Counted from the stretch's first letter, positions 1 to 14,923 are shown. The stretch is DNA of 64,000 nucleotides from Eledone cirrhosa (GCA_964016885.1 OZ024742.1:171616001-171680000); one strand, 5' to 3'. Made by a program: numbers and translations. The notes: generated from the letters alone by a model not told the origin.

Positions 1-330
1 TTGAATGGCTATGACCTCATCAGGCAGTTAGTCAGTTCTTAGATATGCCAGCTCTGTATTTATAGTGTTGATGGTATCAGAACCTTGGGACATATGAGCT
101 TGTTAGGAATAATTTAATATTGTCAGCAGGAATAGTCTTAATTTTCATTGGTCAGTTTTTAGATGATAGTAGGGTTGGTATTTTACCTCAAAGAGGCAGG
201 TGGTGTTGTAAAGTTCAAACCGTCAGGCAAGATGACAATAGTTCCATATGACTGATTTTCACAAAAAACATTCCTGGTCAGATGTATATTCAATTAAGGT
301 TAATAGTATGAAATAGATACTACAGGTCAT
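1..330 (-). mobile_element. Probable degraded 3' end of a Penelope-like element with the 5' half of a hammerhead (cut by window edge)
   Basis: Minus-strand translation ...YGTIVILPDGLNF resembles the P-x-G-L-N end of PLE GIY-YIG domains; CTGATGA follows downstream (tcatcag at 17-23 on +), and the rest of the motif would lie outside the window. Confidence 0.35.
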
Positions 331-715
331 TCTTAAATTGAGGAATTTATGTGGAGTGGTGCTACTGAAAATTATGGTTAGAGTAGAAAATTTACAAATA
401 AAAAGAGTTATGTAGGTTGGCTTGCACGTACACTTACACCCACCTCCACAGACACACACACACATTCACACATACAAATTGAGGTGGTAATACTGTGGGG
501 TGGTAATAATACTGAGGTGGTAATAATGTGGGGTGGTAATACTTAAAATAATGGTTATAGTCAAATACTTAGATAGTTTAGAAAATTTAGAAATAAAAGG
601 CTTATGTTGGTTGACTTGTACATACACTCACACCTACCCCATCTGACACACACACACATATACACACACAAATCCATACAGGTGTGTATATATATATATA
701 TGTACGCACAAGTAT

Positions 716-766
<51 letters not shown>

Positions 767-959
767 ATAAAGAGAGAAACACATAGACATATACATATAT
801 GTGTTCAAATCATAAGGGACCAAATTCGCTTATGATTTGAACACGTATACCCCTATTTATCTCTCTTTATTATATTAAACTATATTATACGGCTCGTAAA
901 CATTTTTCCTTGAGCTATTCTGAGTTTCTAACTCAATATACACTTTTGATAAATATATA

Positions 960-1035
<76 letters not shown>

Positions 1036-1596
1036 ATACACTTTTGATATATATATATATATATATATATTAATTAAAATAACAGATTAAAGTTTAAGCA
1101 AAGAATCGCTTTGCTTCAACTTGAATCTCTTATTTTAATAAATATTTGCTCTACGGTTCTTATATATTTACCCTTATCGAGCCCCCTTTGGATTTTAGTC
1201 TTCAAATTTATTATTATTACTATATATATATATAGTGCAATGACATCGATGATAAAGACACATAAGAGACTAAGACACACAAAAAACAAAACATACTTCT
1301 TCAGCAACCATCTCTAGGTTACATAAAAATTCCATTTCGATTGTTATACAACATGGCTTTTACGTAACCTATAATCGGTGGGTGAAAAAGCGAGCATAGA
1401 TTTCTGTGTGTCTGACTCCCTTACTTATTCTGCTTTTGCTCATCATTCTATATTTCATTCATTGAAAACGCACACATATATATGTGTGTGTGCATGTGTC
1501 TATGCGTGTATCTATAAATATATATGTATATATATATATATATATATACATATTTGTGTATGTGTTTATATATATATATATATATATACATATATG

Positions 1597-1628
<32 letters not shown>

Positions 1629-1896
1629 TATATATATATATACCACTATTTCCTTTATTCCATCCACATGAAGATCACATCACATACATGTGTGGCCTCT
1701 CAACCACCAGGTTTCAGGAACTTCACAATACATTAATTTCTTTTATCAATGAAACCTTTTGCCAGAACTGGAATTGTAATTTCCTTTAATGTAAGCAATC
1801 TCCTCACCCCGGGTGGATAAATCTTTCGCCTTGTACTAAACATTTTTAACATTAAGACGAAAAGAATGGGGTTGATCATTCTAATCTGATCTAGGA

Positions 1897-2089
1897 AATA
1901 ATTGTTTCTACTTTTACGCACAAGGCTAGCAATTACTCAGTGCATTACTGGTACTTTATTTTATCGACCCCCTAAGGATGAAAGGCAAAGTTAACCTCGG
2001 CAGGATTTGAACTCTTAATGGCAAGGGCCGTAACTCTATGCGTCAAAGCATGGCGTCCGACCCACTACCGATACTGCCAATCCACCGCC
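1897..2089 (-). mobile_element. tRNA-derived SINE with Nin/Deu-like central domain, full length
   Basis: Minus strand: A-box-like TGGCAGTATCGG, B box GAGTTCAAATCC, then GCCGAGGTTAACTTTGCCTTTCATCC..GGGTCGATAAAATAAAGTACCAG and tail AGAAACAATTATT. 11-bp TSD taggaaataat at 1892-1902 and 2092-2102. Confidence 0.9.
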
Positions 2090-3120
2090 GTTAGGAAATA
2101 ATGTTTCCATTGTTGATATTATCTGTCGCTCACCACACCTGGCACAAGATCATCGGTAATTATAATCAGAGCCAGATCATATTCTGTAAATGTATCTCTT
2201 CTGATTCTTCAATGGTTATGTCAATACAGCTCACATGACAGGTATTTTTTCATCGCCTGCGGAATGATAATTGGCATAGTGTTCCCAGTCGAGATTTGAA
2301 CTCAAAGAGAAGTGAGCCGAAGAAAGACATTACACTTCTTCTACGTGATATGTAGTTCGTGTTTCATACCATTGCTCCTGAAACTTCTATCAAAGAATAA
2401 ATGTTACGTAATGTTGCTTCTGTTGTAGTTTAGACACATGTTATATCTTATGAAGCAGACTTTTAAGAAAAGCATTCCAGATGTGACAGTCCCATCAAAT
2501 ATTATCTTCAGACACAGTCATGGCTGCGTGACTAAGTTGTTTCGTTAAAGTATACGATAGCTTCGGGGCGACATACGACTTATGAGTGAATTTATGTAAA
2601 CGTATCCCTGTGTCATGTGAAGCATTGTGGGACACCGCTCACAGATATCATTTCTATAGAAATAGAAAAGGATTGACTGAGAGACCAGGAATTTCTTCTA
2701 GCGCAGTTAATATGCTATTGGTGCTGCACATTAAGGATTTATAGGAGCTGTACAGAGGTCCATCGGATGGTATGTACTTGTAATTAAAAGGTCAAGTCGT
2801 GTGTCACGGTAATTAAGCCTGAGAATTACATTAACGCTACAAGTGCCTAATAATACTCTACTGTTTAAACATCAATTTAACGAGTACAAATTTTGGTTGA
2901 TTAAACGAATGGATGCTTATTGTTGAAGACGAAGGAGGATGAACCATTTTCAGACAATGCAGCTATTGCTGTTTTATCGATTGTGTCCTTCTTGTTTAAA
3001 TATAGTCGGATTGGGAAAGATAGGAATTTGAAAAATTATCTGTAGGACAATGAATAAACAAGTTGTGCATATTATAGATTTCCATGACATTTGTACGCAT
3101 CATTATTATCATTATCATTG

Positions 3121-3312
3121 AGGGAGGTGGATTGGCAGCATTGGTGGAGGGTCGGACGCCATGCTTTGCAGCATAGTTACGTCCCTTTACGGACCGAGTT
3201 AAAATCCCGCCGAGGTTGACTTTGCCTTTCATCCTTACGGGGTCGATAACATAAAGTACCAGTAATGCACTGGGTAATTGCTGGCCTTGTGCCTAAAGTA
3301 GAAACAATTATT
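3121..3312 (+). mobile_element. tRNA/Nin-domain SINE
   Basis: Same head, B box, Nin domain and tail as 1897-2089; flanked by attattatcatta repeats. Confidence 0.9.
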
Positions 3313-4085
3313 ATCATTACCATTACATTCACTATCATCATGATTACCATTTAATGTTCGGTTACCATACTAGGCAAGGTTGAACGAGGTATCACAGAAC
3401 AAGTCACTACTTAATTGTATCCACTGAACTTTCTAGTGTGCGAGGTTCATATGACACTTACCGACATTTCATCACGACACTAGCATGAGTAAGTTAGCCA
3501 TTCCTTTTTACAACTGAAACATGTCCTCCCTATATTACGTTTTCCACAACTGCCAGGCATTAATACAACCAACCGCGTTACAGAGTGTAGTGGGTACATA
3601 TTTTCGTATCACTACATTAGGGAGGTTGTCAGGTAGTTTACACAACTGAATCCTCTAGATAATTTTAGCATGGTTTCTACAATTGGATGCCCTTCCCATG
3701 ACCAACGACAAGACAAGTTGAGTATTTTCGTTACACAACTCTATATATTAGAATTAGTGTTGTTGCTGCTATTGTTGTTTATACTCGTCCGATAGAGTAG
3801 ATATATGATCAAAGGCATTCCTGTCATGATTATCCCATTCGTGCTTTTATTTTTAAGATGGTAGAGTGTGATTTAAGAGATACATAGCTGCCAAAAATGC
3901 TTCATACATAAAACACGAAAGGATTATAGGCAGTTCTACTTTACTTTATTTATCATGTATAATTCTCCACAGTAGGCTTCACTGAAGTGACTGAATATGA
4001 AGAAACGGTCAAGTATCTGCTTATATTACGCTATTATTTGGAGGAAGCTAGAACACCTCACCTTCCTTTTTACAGTATCACCTTT

Positions 4086-4125
<40 letters not shown>

Positions 4126-4213
4126 CTTACAGATACATGTTTATATATATGTGTCTGTATATATATATATATATATATAATACACACACACACACATTTA
4201 CACACACACACAT

Positions 4214-4246
<33 letters not shown>

Positions 4247-4262
4247 CACATATATATATATT

Positions 4263-5574
4263 CAAGGTTTGTCCAAAAAGTAACTGTGCCGATATTCCTA
4301 AGTAATTTAAGGCAATATAGCATTCCGTTATGGCATATAGGCGTGTTTGTTATGACCTTAGCTGCACATACATACTTGTTTCACTATGATTGATTGATTC
4401 AGTTATGAGTTATTACAGTTTCGGCACAGGCGGGTTTTAACGTCTGTTATGTATGGGATGCAGGAAAATATCGTACAACGGTACGCGATCAAATTTTGGG
4501 TGAATCTCAACTAATTTGCCTCTGAAACATTTAATTATTAAGCACACGTTGATGGAGATGCCACCCTATCCAGAAGTACATTTTTTTAAGTTGTACCAAG
4601 AGGGCCGAGAAAATGTTGAAGACGAACCTATTTCTGCAAAGCCAATCTCGTCAACAAATAAAGAAAATGTGGATGTGGTGGGAGCGGTCATACTGAAAGA
4701 TCACCGATTAAGTATTATGATGACTGCAGAAAAAATGGGCTTGGATAAAAATGCAGTTCACAAAATGTTAGCAGACTATATACACATGCGAAGAAATTAT
4801 GCAAAGCTAGTTCCCAAACACTTGGTTGTTAAACAAAAAGTGTATCAGTTGGACATTTGTCAGGATTTGCTAGAAAGACTCGAAAATGAGACAAGTTACT
4901 TGGATAAAGTAATAACAGGGGTTGAAGTATGGGTGTTTGAGTACTAGCCAGTGAAAAAAAGGCAACGTGAGGAGTGGTACACGAAAAATTCTCCTGGTCT
5001 GAAGAAAGCACTCATGGTCAGATCGAGGGTGAATTCCAGGATTATTATACTTTTCAACAGCCATGATATTGTTTACAAATTATTTTTACCTCCAGGAAAG
5101 GCAATTCATCTAACCTTCTACAAAGATGTCCTGGAACGACTTCGAAAACGGATCCAGCGAGTCCGAATGGACATTGCAGGAGATTAGGTACTGCACACGA
5201 TAAAGAACCTACTCGCATAGCACTTTCAATTACAGAATTTCTAGAGACGAAATATATTCCAACTTTTCCACATCCTCCCTACAGCCCAGAACTAGTTCTA
5301 TGTGATTTCTACCTCTTCCCTAAGTTGAAAGTGAAGTGAAATGTTCATCATTTTGGGACTGGCAAACATAAAATAATTGTAACCGACACGCTAAGGACAC
5401 TCACAAGAAATGACTTCCAGTACTGCTCCGGTCAATAGAAATTACGTTGAAACCTCAATGTAAATTCCCAAGGGTGGTATTTTGAAGTAGATAACCTATA
5501 ATTTAATGTATGTCTAATATATATTTAAAGAAACAATCAAACAATCAGTACCGTTACATTTGGAACAAACTTCG
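4263..5574 (+). mobile_element. Mariner (Tc1/mariner) DNA transposon, full length ~1.3 kb, inactive
   Basis: Imperfect ~30-bp TIRs (caaggtttgtccaaaaagtaactgtgccgat vs atcagtaccgttacatttggaacaaacttcg), TA-rich flanks and an internal transposase remnant. Confidence 0.9.
4458..5499 (+). pseudogene. Mariner transposase pseudogene
   Basis: MQENIVQRYAIKF start, GRENVEDEP, LVPK, VITGVEVW (ITGDETW), HDK (HDN), HPPYSPELVLCDFYLFPKLK (YSPDLAPxDF); several stops and frameshifts. Confidence 0.9.
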
Positions 5575-5597
5575 TATATGTTTACATATATACATAC

Positions 5598-5652
<55 letters not shown>

Positions 5653-5727
5653 TATACAGAGAGATACACACATGTATACATACACACACATATGTATTTA
5701 CATATACACACGCTATACACACGCTAT

Positions 5728-5760
<33 letters not shown>

Positions 5761-6239
5761 AATAATGTACGGCGAAAGAGAGTGATGTGTAACGTTCATT
5801 TATTGATGTTTCACCTTTTTGAGCACATACACACAATCACACAATCACACAACCCCCCTCCCCTCCCACACACACAAACATCTATATACTGAAATCTATA
5901 TACGAGTACCGCATCAAAAAATTTACGAGTTTGTTTAAATCGAGGTCACGACCGTACACATAATATATATGAAGGGTGAGTGAGGAGGTTTGACAAACCT
6001 CATTAATAATGACTGCACTGCTTGCTATAATGAGTGAATAACGTGTTCCCCGTTTGTTTGTTTCGTTATTTTTTAAACTTTATTTATTGATTTCTTTTCT
6101 AATTCTAGGACGAGAATGTGCAGAGAACGGAAAGCCTGAAGGGAATAGCAGGCATTTTGGAAACAAATGTAGGATATGTGAAAATTAAAAGAAGCTGACT
6201 CCGGAAACACGTAGTTTCTAAAGTAAATGCTAATAATGC

Positions 6240-6670
6240 TTTTTGATTCAGGCACTAGGCCAACAATTTTGAGAGAGACGGAAAGACGATTAAATCGACA
6301 CCAGTTCGTTACTGGTACTTTATCATATTAACTTCGGAGCGGTGAATGTCAAAGGTGGCGTAGGTGGGGTTTGAACTCAGAATGTAAAGGTCTGTAACTA
6401 TATACCACAAAGCATTTCGTTCAAAGCTCTACCGATTCTGTCAATCCACCGACCTTAATAATGATTTCTAGTATAGGCACACACTCAGCAAGTTCAAGGG
6501 AGAGGAAGTCGATTAAATCGACCCCAGTGCATGAATGGTACCTTATTGTATCGATCGTGTAAGGATCAAATGCAAAGCTAACCTTGGCGGGATTTGAAGG
6601 TAAAGTGCTATAACTCTATTCTACAAAGCATAGTATCATACGCTCCACCGATACTGCTAATCCCCCGCCC
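6240..6670 (-). mobile_element. Two tandem diverged tRNA/Nin SINE copies
   Basis: Two consecutive units (about 6240-6455 and 6460-6670), each with ggtac..tat, ggcgg(g)atttgaa-like and ccaatcc-like segments. Confidence 0.8.
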
Positions 6671-9574
6671 TATAAATAATAATAAAGTAGTTTCTAAAGT
6701 TGTCCCAAGGTCACACATTTCTGGGAAGAGGGGAAAGTAGTTTAGTGAGAACGTAGTACGTAGTTGACATCAAAGCCCCTCATCGTATAAAATGCAACAC
6801 TCACTTCAAGATCAGGAACCCCCTCGTAGTGGGGCATTACAAACCCTGTGAAACTTATGTAAATATGATATGCATTGTTTGATACATAGACACAAGGTCT
6901 AAAATCTGGAGATGAGGTGTTAAAATCGAATATATCGACAAACATTGTTGCTATATTCTTTATAGGAAATACCATTCAGTTAGGTTTGTTACTTGGTGGT
7001 TTCTCTCCAGTGCACACGCTTGGGTGAGGCATTTTGTGGAAGACCATACCAGTTTCTCTCTCCACGCCACTGCTGTTGTCAATGGAGAAGGCAAAAGACG
7101 ATACGGCTTCAGTGTGCTGGGGCAAATGAAATGTAGCGTTTTGCTCAGGGGCAGAACGTGAGCCCCAAAAATGTACAATAGTGAATCAAGCAACATAACG
7201 ACTAAGCTATATAACTCAATTATAGCATAAACCTCGAAAATATGAAAGTTAACTCATCAAAGGATTTGACTACAGGCTACAATTAAATTTCGCAAGCTTT
7301 ATATTTTTTTTGTTTACAAATATTCTCCACTTTAACAACAGAATACTGTTCCCCGCTCTAAATATGTTTCCCTTTTAAACACAGACCCCTCTCCGTAACT
7401 CAAATAACTGTTCCATTACCATCCCAGAAGAATACACACGAGGGAACAGGGAGTTAAATTAATCTCAGATACTTAACATCTACAAAGGTGACCGCAATGG
7501 AATTTCAATTCCGACGATGTGGTTTGAACTCATTACGTGTAACTATATAACAAAAAGACATTTATTCGACACTTTACCGATATTGCCAATCCAACACCCA
7601 GTCATATTAGAATTGTTATTGTTGTTGTTGATGTGATTTTGGTGGGGGTGTTGCTGTTGTCGTTTGGTTATTGTGGTTGTGGTGGTGATGTTAGTGGCAA
7701 TGAATTAACATAGTCATAAGAACGTCTGATATTTACAGTGTACAAGGTCGTGTAGACTAGATACTCTAGAGTATACCATCCTATATACTACACACCATAG
7801 TGTACATAGTCAGGTAGACCTCATATTATAATATAAAATGATCCCGTAGACCGCAAGCTATGATCACACACAATATTTTTCTTCTTGGTGATACAACACT
7901 GATGTAAGTAATTGTTACTTTTCCTTGATTTCTGTGATCAAAAGGAAAATATATTTTTGTTTTTACTGTTGCTCTTATTTCCCGATAATAATAATGGTCA
8001 TAGATATAATAATAAAGATGATAATAGAAGTTAATTTTCCTATTGATTTCTGCAATAATAGCAGGCATATGCTAATGTGTTGTGATATAAAACAGATAAA
8101 CTCTTCATTCTTACTATCTTTATATTCCTTACTGTATCTTATGCAACATCAATTATACAACACGCCTGTTTTTATTCCATTTATAATTAATGCCGTCACA
8201 TTATATTTCCAAATGGTATATTTCATTGATATAATGATGATTAACATTGATTTTTCTGAAAGGGACAATTAACAGAAGCTTGATATTAAAGAGAGTTCGG
8301 CGAAATTCTTTGCGATATTTATTCCAGCTTTTTGAATTACTAATTCAAATCCTGCTAAGTCGAGAGTGCTTTTCCTCATTTCAGTGTCAGTACATAATGT
8401 ACAATCTAGGGTGCTAATCTAAAGGAATCGCCAGGGCGTCCGACAGGATGACATGAGGTATGTGTTTCGGTGGTAGTAATCAGTCACCCAGTTAAATACA
8501 AGCATTTGCTCCTTGGGTGGTAAGCATAATTTATCACTCAGTTTAACAAAATCGCCTCACTCTTGAGTGCTTTTATTAGAGTCCACTCGGTTGTATGCAT
8601 TCAGTTCAAGTTCTGCCACTAATCTCGTAAGTCCTACAAAGTGTCAGAAGCACATAATTCATTTCTGGTTAGCCGATAAAAAATATTAATACTGATCTAG
8701 TAAAAATAACCAATTATCTAACAATTTACTGGATAGTAAATAACTTTTTCTTACATTGGAACTAAGCGAGCAAATTGAGAGGATATTGTATATCGCTTAA
8801 AACAACCCCATTATTTTATTAGTATTTCATGGTATCGACCCCGGAAGGATGTACGACACAGTTAACCTCAGGTGAATTTGGGCGGAAAAGGGTGTAACTA
8901 AAGAACACATAATATTTTTTTCGACACTCAAACAAATCTGGCAACGTGCCGCCTCTTGGATAGTAAATAATAAAGTTTGCATCCACACTTGGCTCCGGTA
9001 AATGCCACTTGACCGAGACGCCTTCCAGTGGGAATGAAGTCGGGACATAATAATTGAGACGTGAACTTCTTAACCCATCGGTCACGTTGCATACACACGC
9101 AATACAAATTATCCACAGGGATTTTATCGAAAATACAGACTAAGTATTGACCGAGTCGTTATGCATAAAATACATCTTGCAGAATGGACAGAAATGCAAA
9201 AAATCGATCATGGGATTAATGTAATTCTTCGATTATCGCTGTAATATTTTTGTCAAGAGACGGTTAGTTTTTTAAAATACATTTTAACCTAACTGTTTGA
9301 AATAGTCTGGAATATTTAGGATATTCACTCATACATCAAAGAGCTGCGACTAACATATTTGGTATTCCTTTATCTTTTTCTGTCTGTTTATATAGTTTAT
9401 ATATATACTTATGTGTGTGTGTGTGTGTGCGTGTGTGTGTTCTATTCCAAGTTGTCTAACATTTTATACTTTGTCGACCTAAATAAACTTGCATACAATT
9501 ATACACACACGTATATATATATATATATATACATATATATATGTGTGTGTGTGTGTGTGCTTGTGTGCATACAT

Positions 9575-9642
<68 letters not shown>

Positions 9643-9644
9643 GC

Positions 9645-9687
<43 letters not shown>

Positions 9688-10448
9688 GCCGATGGATTAT
9701 GTCTTCATATATTGTCAAAGTACTCAAACACACACACACACACATATATAAACGTACATTTACCAATCCGCATGCAAAATTTTAAAGCCCAGAAATTCGT
9801 TCACCGTGGCAGCTAAGACGCAGTATGTGGCCCTTTGCATAAATCTAAATTACACGTTCCCCACATAAGCTATTTCGTCTTCTGTTTGGTTTGCGTGGGC
9901 TTCACACCAATCATCTTGAAGTTAACGTCTTAGCCAGATTGCTGGCATTTAAAAAACAAAACAAAAAAGTACACCCAAAAAACTAAACTACATCAGACAT
10001 ATATTCATTCAATCACGCATTACGTAATCTAGGGCAAACATGCATATTTCGTATATATATGTATGCACCTGCATACATACATGCATACCACACTGCATAC
10101 ATATACACATAAAAGCAAACATAATACATAGATACATACGCACTTACAGATATACAGACAAACATACGTATATATATATATGCATACATGCATAAATTCA
10201 TACATACGTACATATAAGCAAACATACATACGTAAATAGATGCATAAATAATTATGTATATACATACATACTTATGTGAATACATAATTTATTATCTATT
10301 AAGTTCATATACGCTTGAGTATACGGTCAAAAATATGCATATGTACACATATCCTTTCTTGATGCCGTTGCTGGATGACCATATTCTAAACACAGAACAT
10401 ATAAACGAACATATATATCAGAGACTATGGAATTCTGTAATTTGTTCG

Positions 10449-10508
<60 letters not shown>

Positions 10509-10510
10509 CT

Positions 10511-10610
<100 letters not shown>

Positions 10611-10688
10611 CGTTCAGTAGAAATTGTTTTGGTAAAAACAGGGGAAAGCTCTCTACATACTTAGTTTGTAGTTTCGATGGAGATTCAA

Positions 10689-10995
10689 TATATGAATAAC
10701 ATTAAGAAAGATGCTTATGTTACATTAATCGTTTATTCATAATAATTATTGCAACGGTTCTCTTAAGCAAACACAACGGCTGGGAAGGGCCTTTAGGAAC
10801 TTACGTGACAGCCGGGTACACGTGTAGAAGGCATATCACACAATCGGATTTTCATATGAATTCAGCGATTATGTCTGATAGCAATAACAGATGCATAAAT
10901 TACATCATGGATTGCATAACTGAAACTTTGAAATAATTATTATGAATAAAAGATTTATCCAATATCAACATCTTCCTTAATGTAATTCTTATATA
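10689..10995. repeat. Fold-back element with ~70-bp terminal inverted arms and a decayed hammerhead relic
   Basis: gaataacattaagaaagatg...tttattcataataattatt (left) is the reverse complement of aataattattatgaataaa...catcttccttaatgtaattc (right); abuts (TA)n. Confidence 0.75.
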
Positions 10996-11040
10996 TATAT
11001 ATATATATATATATATTGCATATATATACATATATATATA

Positions 11041-11284
11041 TAACAAAGAAAGTGTGGTAAGAGACCAGGTGGTCCAGAGTACTCAATAACGCACCATAGT
11101 ACTCAATACTTAGGGTAGTAGAGTGGGTAATAGGAAAAGTGTCAGGACCCCGACGTCTGAGCTCCAGCTGTTTCGACAGGTGGATCCGAACTAACCCAGC
11201 AGTATTGTTCGGATTTGGGTTAGTTCGGATCTAGCTATCGAAACGGCTAGAGCTCAGCCGTCGGCGCCATGACTCTTTTCCTAT
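11041..11284. mobile_element. PLE-pLTR-derived fold-back mini-element; arms 11130-11198 and 11216-11284 carry the 3' half of a hammerhead
   Basis: The ~69-bp arms are reverse complements; the right arm reads GAA-ACGGCT-agagctc-AGCCGT-C (helix III plus GUC). Related pieces at 13090-13130, 53650-53730 and 59268-59302; lies between (TA)n tracts. Confidence 0.75.
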
Positions 11285-11297
11285 CTCTCTCTCTCCC

Positions 11298-11423
<126 letters not shown>

Positions 11424-11975
11424 GTAGACCTATGTATACGCACGTATATATCATGCAAAAATAGCATGACATGCATCACACACTAAGTAGCCAGACAGAC
11501 GTTCCTGATTATTTGCACAGCACTATAAATACCAGTTAAGTTCATGATATCACTATACACACATGGACAGCATCCAAATATAAGATCACTTCATATGCAT
11601 ATACTTGGGTCAATGAGAAAGCTACTGCATGGACGCTACCCACTTTATAAATAGCAATCAAATCTCTATCTCAAAACAGACCCTACTGTTGAGGAAACAT
11701 GACAATAATAAAATAAAGCGACATTGACTGAAAATGACGTGAATGATCTCTGTCAGGGAGCATGTCAAGTCTGGCAAAGATGGAATTTCTTTGATCATAT
11801 GTCTTCTCGATTGTTACTGATAACAACAGCAACTCTTCACATATACGTCTTCACACCCACACACACATATCTATATATACACTCATATATACACACACAC
11901 ACACATTCACACACATTCACTCCCATATACACAGTTGCACATATGCACACATATATATGCCCACACCCACACACC

Positions 11976-12031
<56 letters not shown>

Positions 12032-13215
12032 CAGACACATTCAAACACACGCACTTACGCACCAACTCGTATAGATGCGTGCTCACCCGCAAACATTAGC
12101 GCAACCATAAAAGTGTACACACACATGTACTCACACACACACACACACACACACACATATTTTTCATATCTATACAACACATCCTGTGTATGTACATCTA
12201 CACAGTTAAATACAGAACTATATACATACACATATACATACCAGCAAACAATTTTTTAGATAAAATCGTATGCATTTACACGCGTAAACATATACATACA
12301 AATATACATACATACAACACAGACAAACATACATACACTCACAATAATACATATTCATACAAACAAACATCACACACATAAAATATATATATATATACCT
12401 CCACACACACACACAAACTCATATTATATTCATTAAACCACAAACAAACACACCCACATATCTAGTGATCAGTTATTAATACAGAGATGTTTATTTAACC
12501 ATATGAGTTACGATAGAGATGATGTGATTGCAGGCTGTGTGATATGTTTTTATTAATAATTTCTCAGTGAAAGTTCAGAAATTAATGATGACTACATAGG
12601 TTGAAGTAATTGTAATATTAACAGTGGAACAACATTTTATACATGATCTCCCACTACATCCACCATTTATATATACCGCTTTATATACACTGTCTCATAT
12701 TAGATATCATACGGTGCTGAATTGACGTTACAATGTTGTCTAGAGTGCTTTGCGGTTTTCTTTTCCTGCAACCATTGATCCGATTTCAAAACCCCGTCCA
12801 TGTCATACATGTTTATAACTGGCATCACAGTCTCTATATACTCTATTTATATACACCATTTATATACCTGGTGCGGCTCATAACGCAGGAGATTTGCCCG
12901 AATTGTCAGAGCGTTAGATGTGTACCACGTTTACGCGTTCTGAGTTTATATCTTGGCAAATTCGATAAATGAATTAATACCTCTATACAACCCACTCACC
13001 ACTCAGATGTTAAATCTTTGATACTTGGCTGGATCAATGGAAGAGCGTATCAACTCGAGATTGTTAGGGCGCCAACAGTTCAGAGCTAGCAGCTGAAACG
13101 GCAGGAGCTCAGCCGTCGGGATGCCTAATGCTTCATATATATATATATATATATCACGATAAATTAACAGAGGCATATGCCCTCGCTATTCCCCTCAAAT
13201 AATATGCTCTGAAAT

Positions 13216-13309
13216 ACACACGCTGATGAACCGAGGCTAACCCATTTCTTTCAACAAATTATTGGTGAAACATATCTTTGGATTAGTGTCTTTGGATTTG
13301 TGCGTGTGT
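13216..13309 (+). ncRNA. Type I hammerhead ribozyme, probably inactivated
   Basis: Helix I acacacg/cgtgtgt, CTGATGA 13223-13229, helix II accga/ttggt, GAAA 13267-13270. A ~14-nt internal duplication leaves G at position 17 in the helix-I-compatible fold. Confidence 0.65.
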
Positions 13310-13474
13310 TATATAATTATAGAGGTATTTATTTACGCTTTAATTTATATTTTTAATTATCGTGTCTATAGTCTTTCATAGGTTATAGATTCCATACACT
13401 GGTGGTTTTTTCCCCCTGTATTATTGATAACGCACTGTATATCTCTCTCTGGGTGTTACCTTTTCAGCATATTG

Positions 13475-13521
<47 letters not shown>

Positions 13522-13961
13522 CATGAAGAATAAGTCAACAGGTAAAAATTAACTTCGTTTAATATATATTTGCTTTATATATATTTTATATATATAAATA
13601 TAATCCTTATCGAGCCCTCTTCCGATTTTAGTCTTCACATTTATTATTACTATATATATATCTGTATGTGAGTGTGTGTGTGAAAAACGTAAAGAAAAAC
13701 AACAAAGCAAACGACACAGCACAATGAAGAAATATATTATTAGTTTTACGCTTGATATAGTAGGAAAAGAGTCTTAACGTATTGTACACTAGATTGAGGA
13801 GACGAGCCGCCATGGTGGGACTGAACAAAAAAATTAGAGAAGAAACAACAGGTCCATCCATATCGTCATCTCAAATGTTAATGCTGACGTTTCGTGTAAG
13901 ATACAATAGACGTTGAAATGATGATGATGATAAGAGATGTGGGGAGAGCGTGGAAAAAGGA

Positions 13962-14007
<46 letters not shown>

Positions 14008-14015
14008 TACTTATT

Positions 14016-14101
<86 letters not shown>

Positions 14102-14117
14102 TTATATATATGTACAT

Positions 14118-14175
<58 letters not shown>

Positions 14176-14834
14176 AATAAGTAATATATATATATGTGTG
14201 TGTGTGTGTGTGTAATGGATTCTCTGGTCCTACTCATTCATTTAGCATGCACTATGTACACTTAACTGTTAGTTGGGAATATTGTGGACCGTAGTATAAG
14301 AGGGGCGTGCTATAGGTCGGTAGTTGAGATGAGTAGAGATATAGTATTTAGAGGGCGTTGTAGGATTTCTTGGTGGGGAGATTGCCAGCTGTTACTAAGA
14401 GGGCTGCGTGCTACTAGAATGGAGTTAGATGTGGGTAACTTATCGTAGGGGTTTGCAAGCTACTACTGTAGTGAGGGTGTAGGTTTGTTAGTGTCCATTG
14501 AATGTTGGGGGGGGGGGGTTGTGGAGGGCTTTGCAGTCAAATAGTGTGGTGTGGTAATGGCGCTAGTAGTGTGGAAGGTTTGTGTGATGTCAGTGTGGGG
14601 CAGGGTGTTTGTATATCGTAAGTCGTAAGTCTAACATTACACATGAAATATAGGAGGAAATGATAATTGGGATAATATGAGTAAATTTGTGTGTAAGTGT
14701 ACGCATATGCAGACGTACACACACATACACACGCACACCCACACACCCACATACACACACACGCACACACACATACACACACGCATATGTATATATATAT
14801 ATATACAGATATATACACATATACATATATATAG

Positions 14835-14887
<53 letters not shown>

Positions 14888-14923
14888 CTATTCATAATAT
14901 ATCTATCTATCTATCCATCTATC

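Noticed and set aside
1897-2089. tRNA genes suggested by A/B boxes
   Set aside because: No cloverleaf; these are SINE heads.
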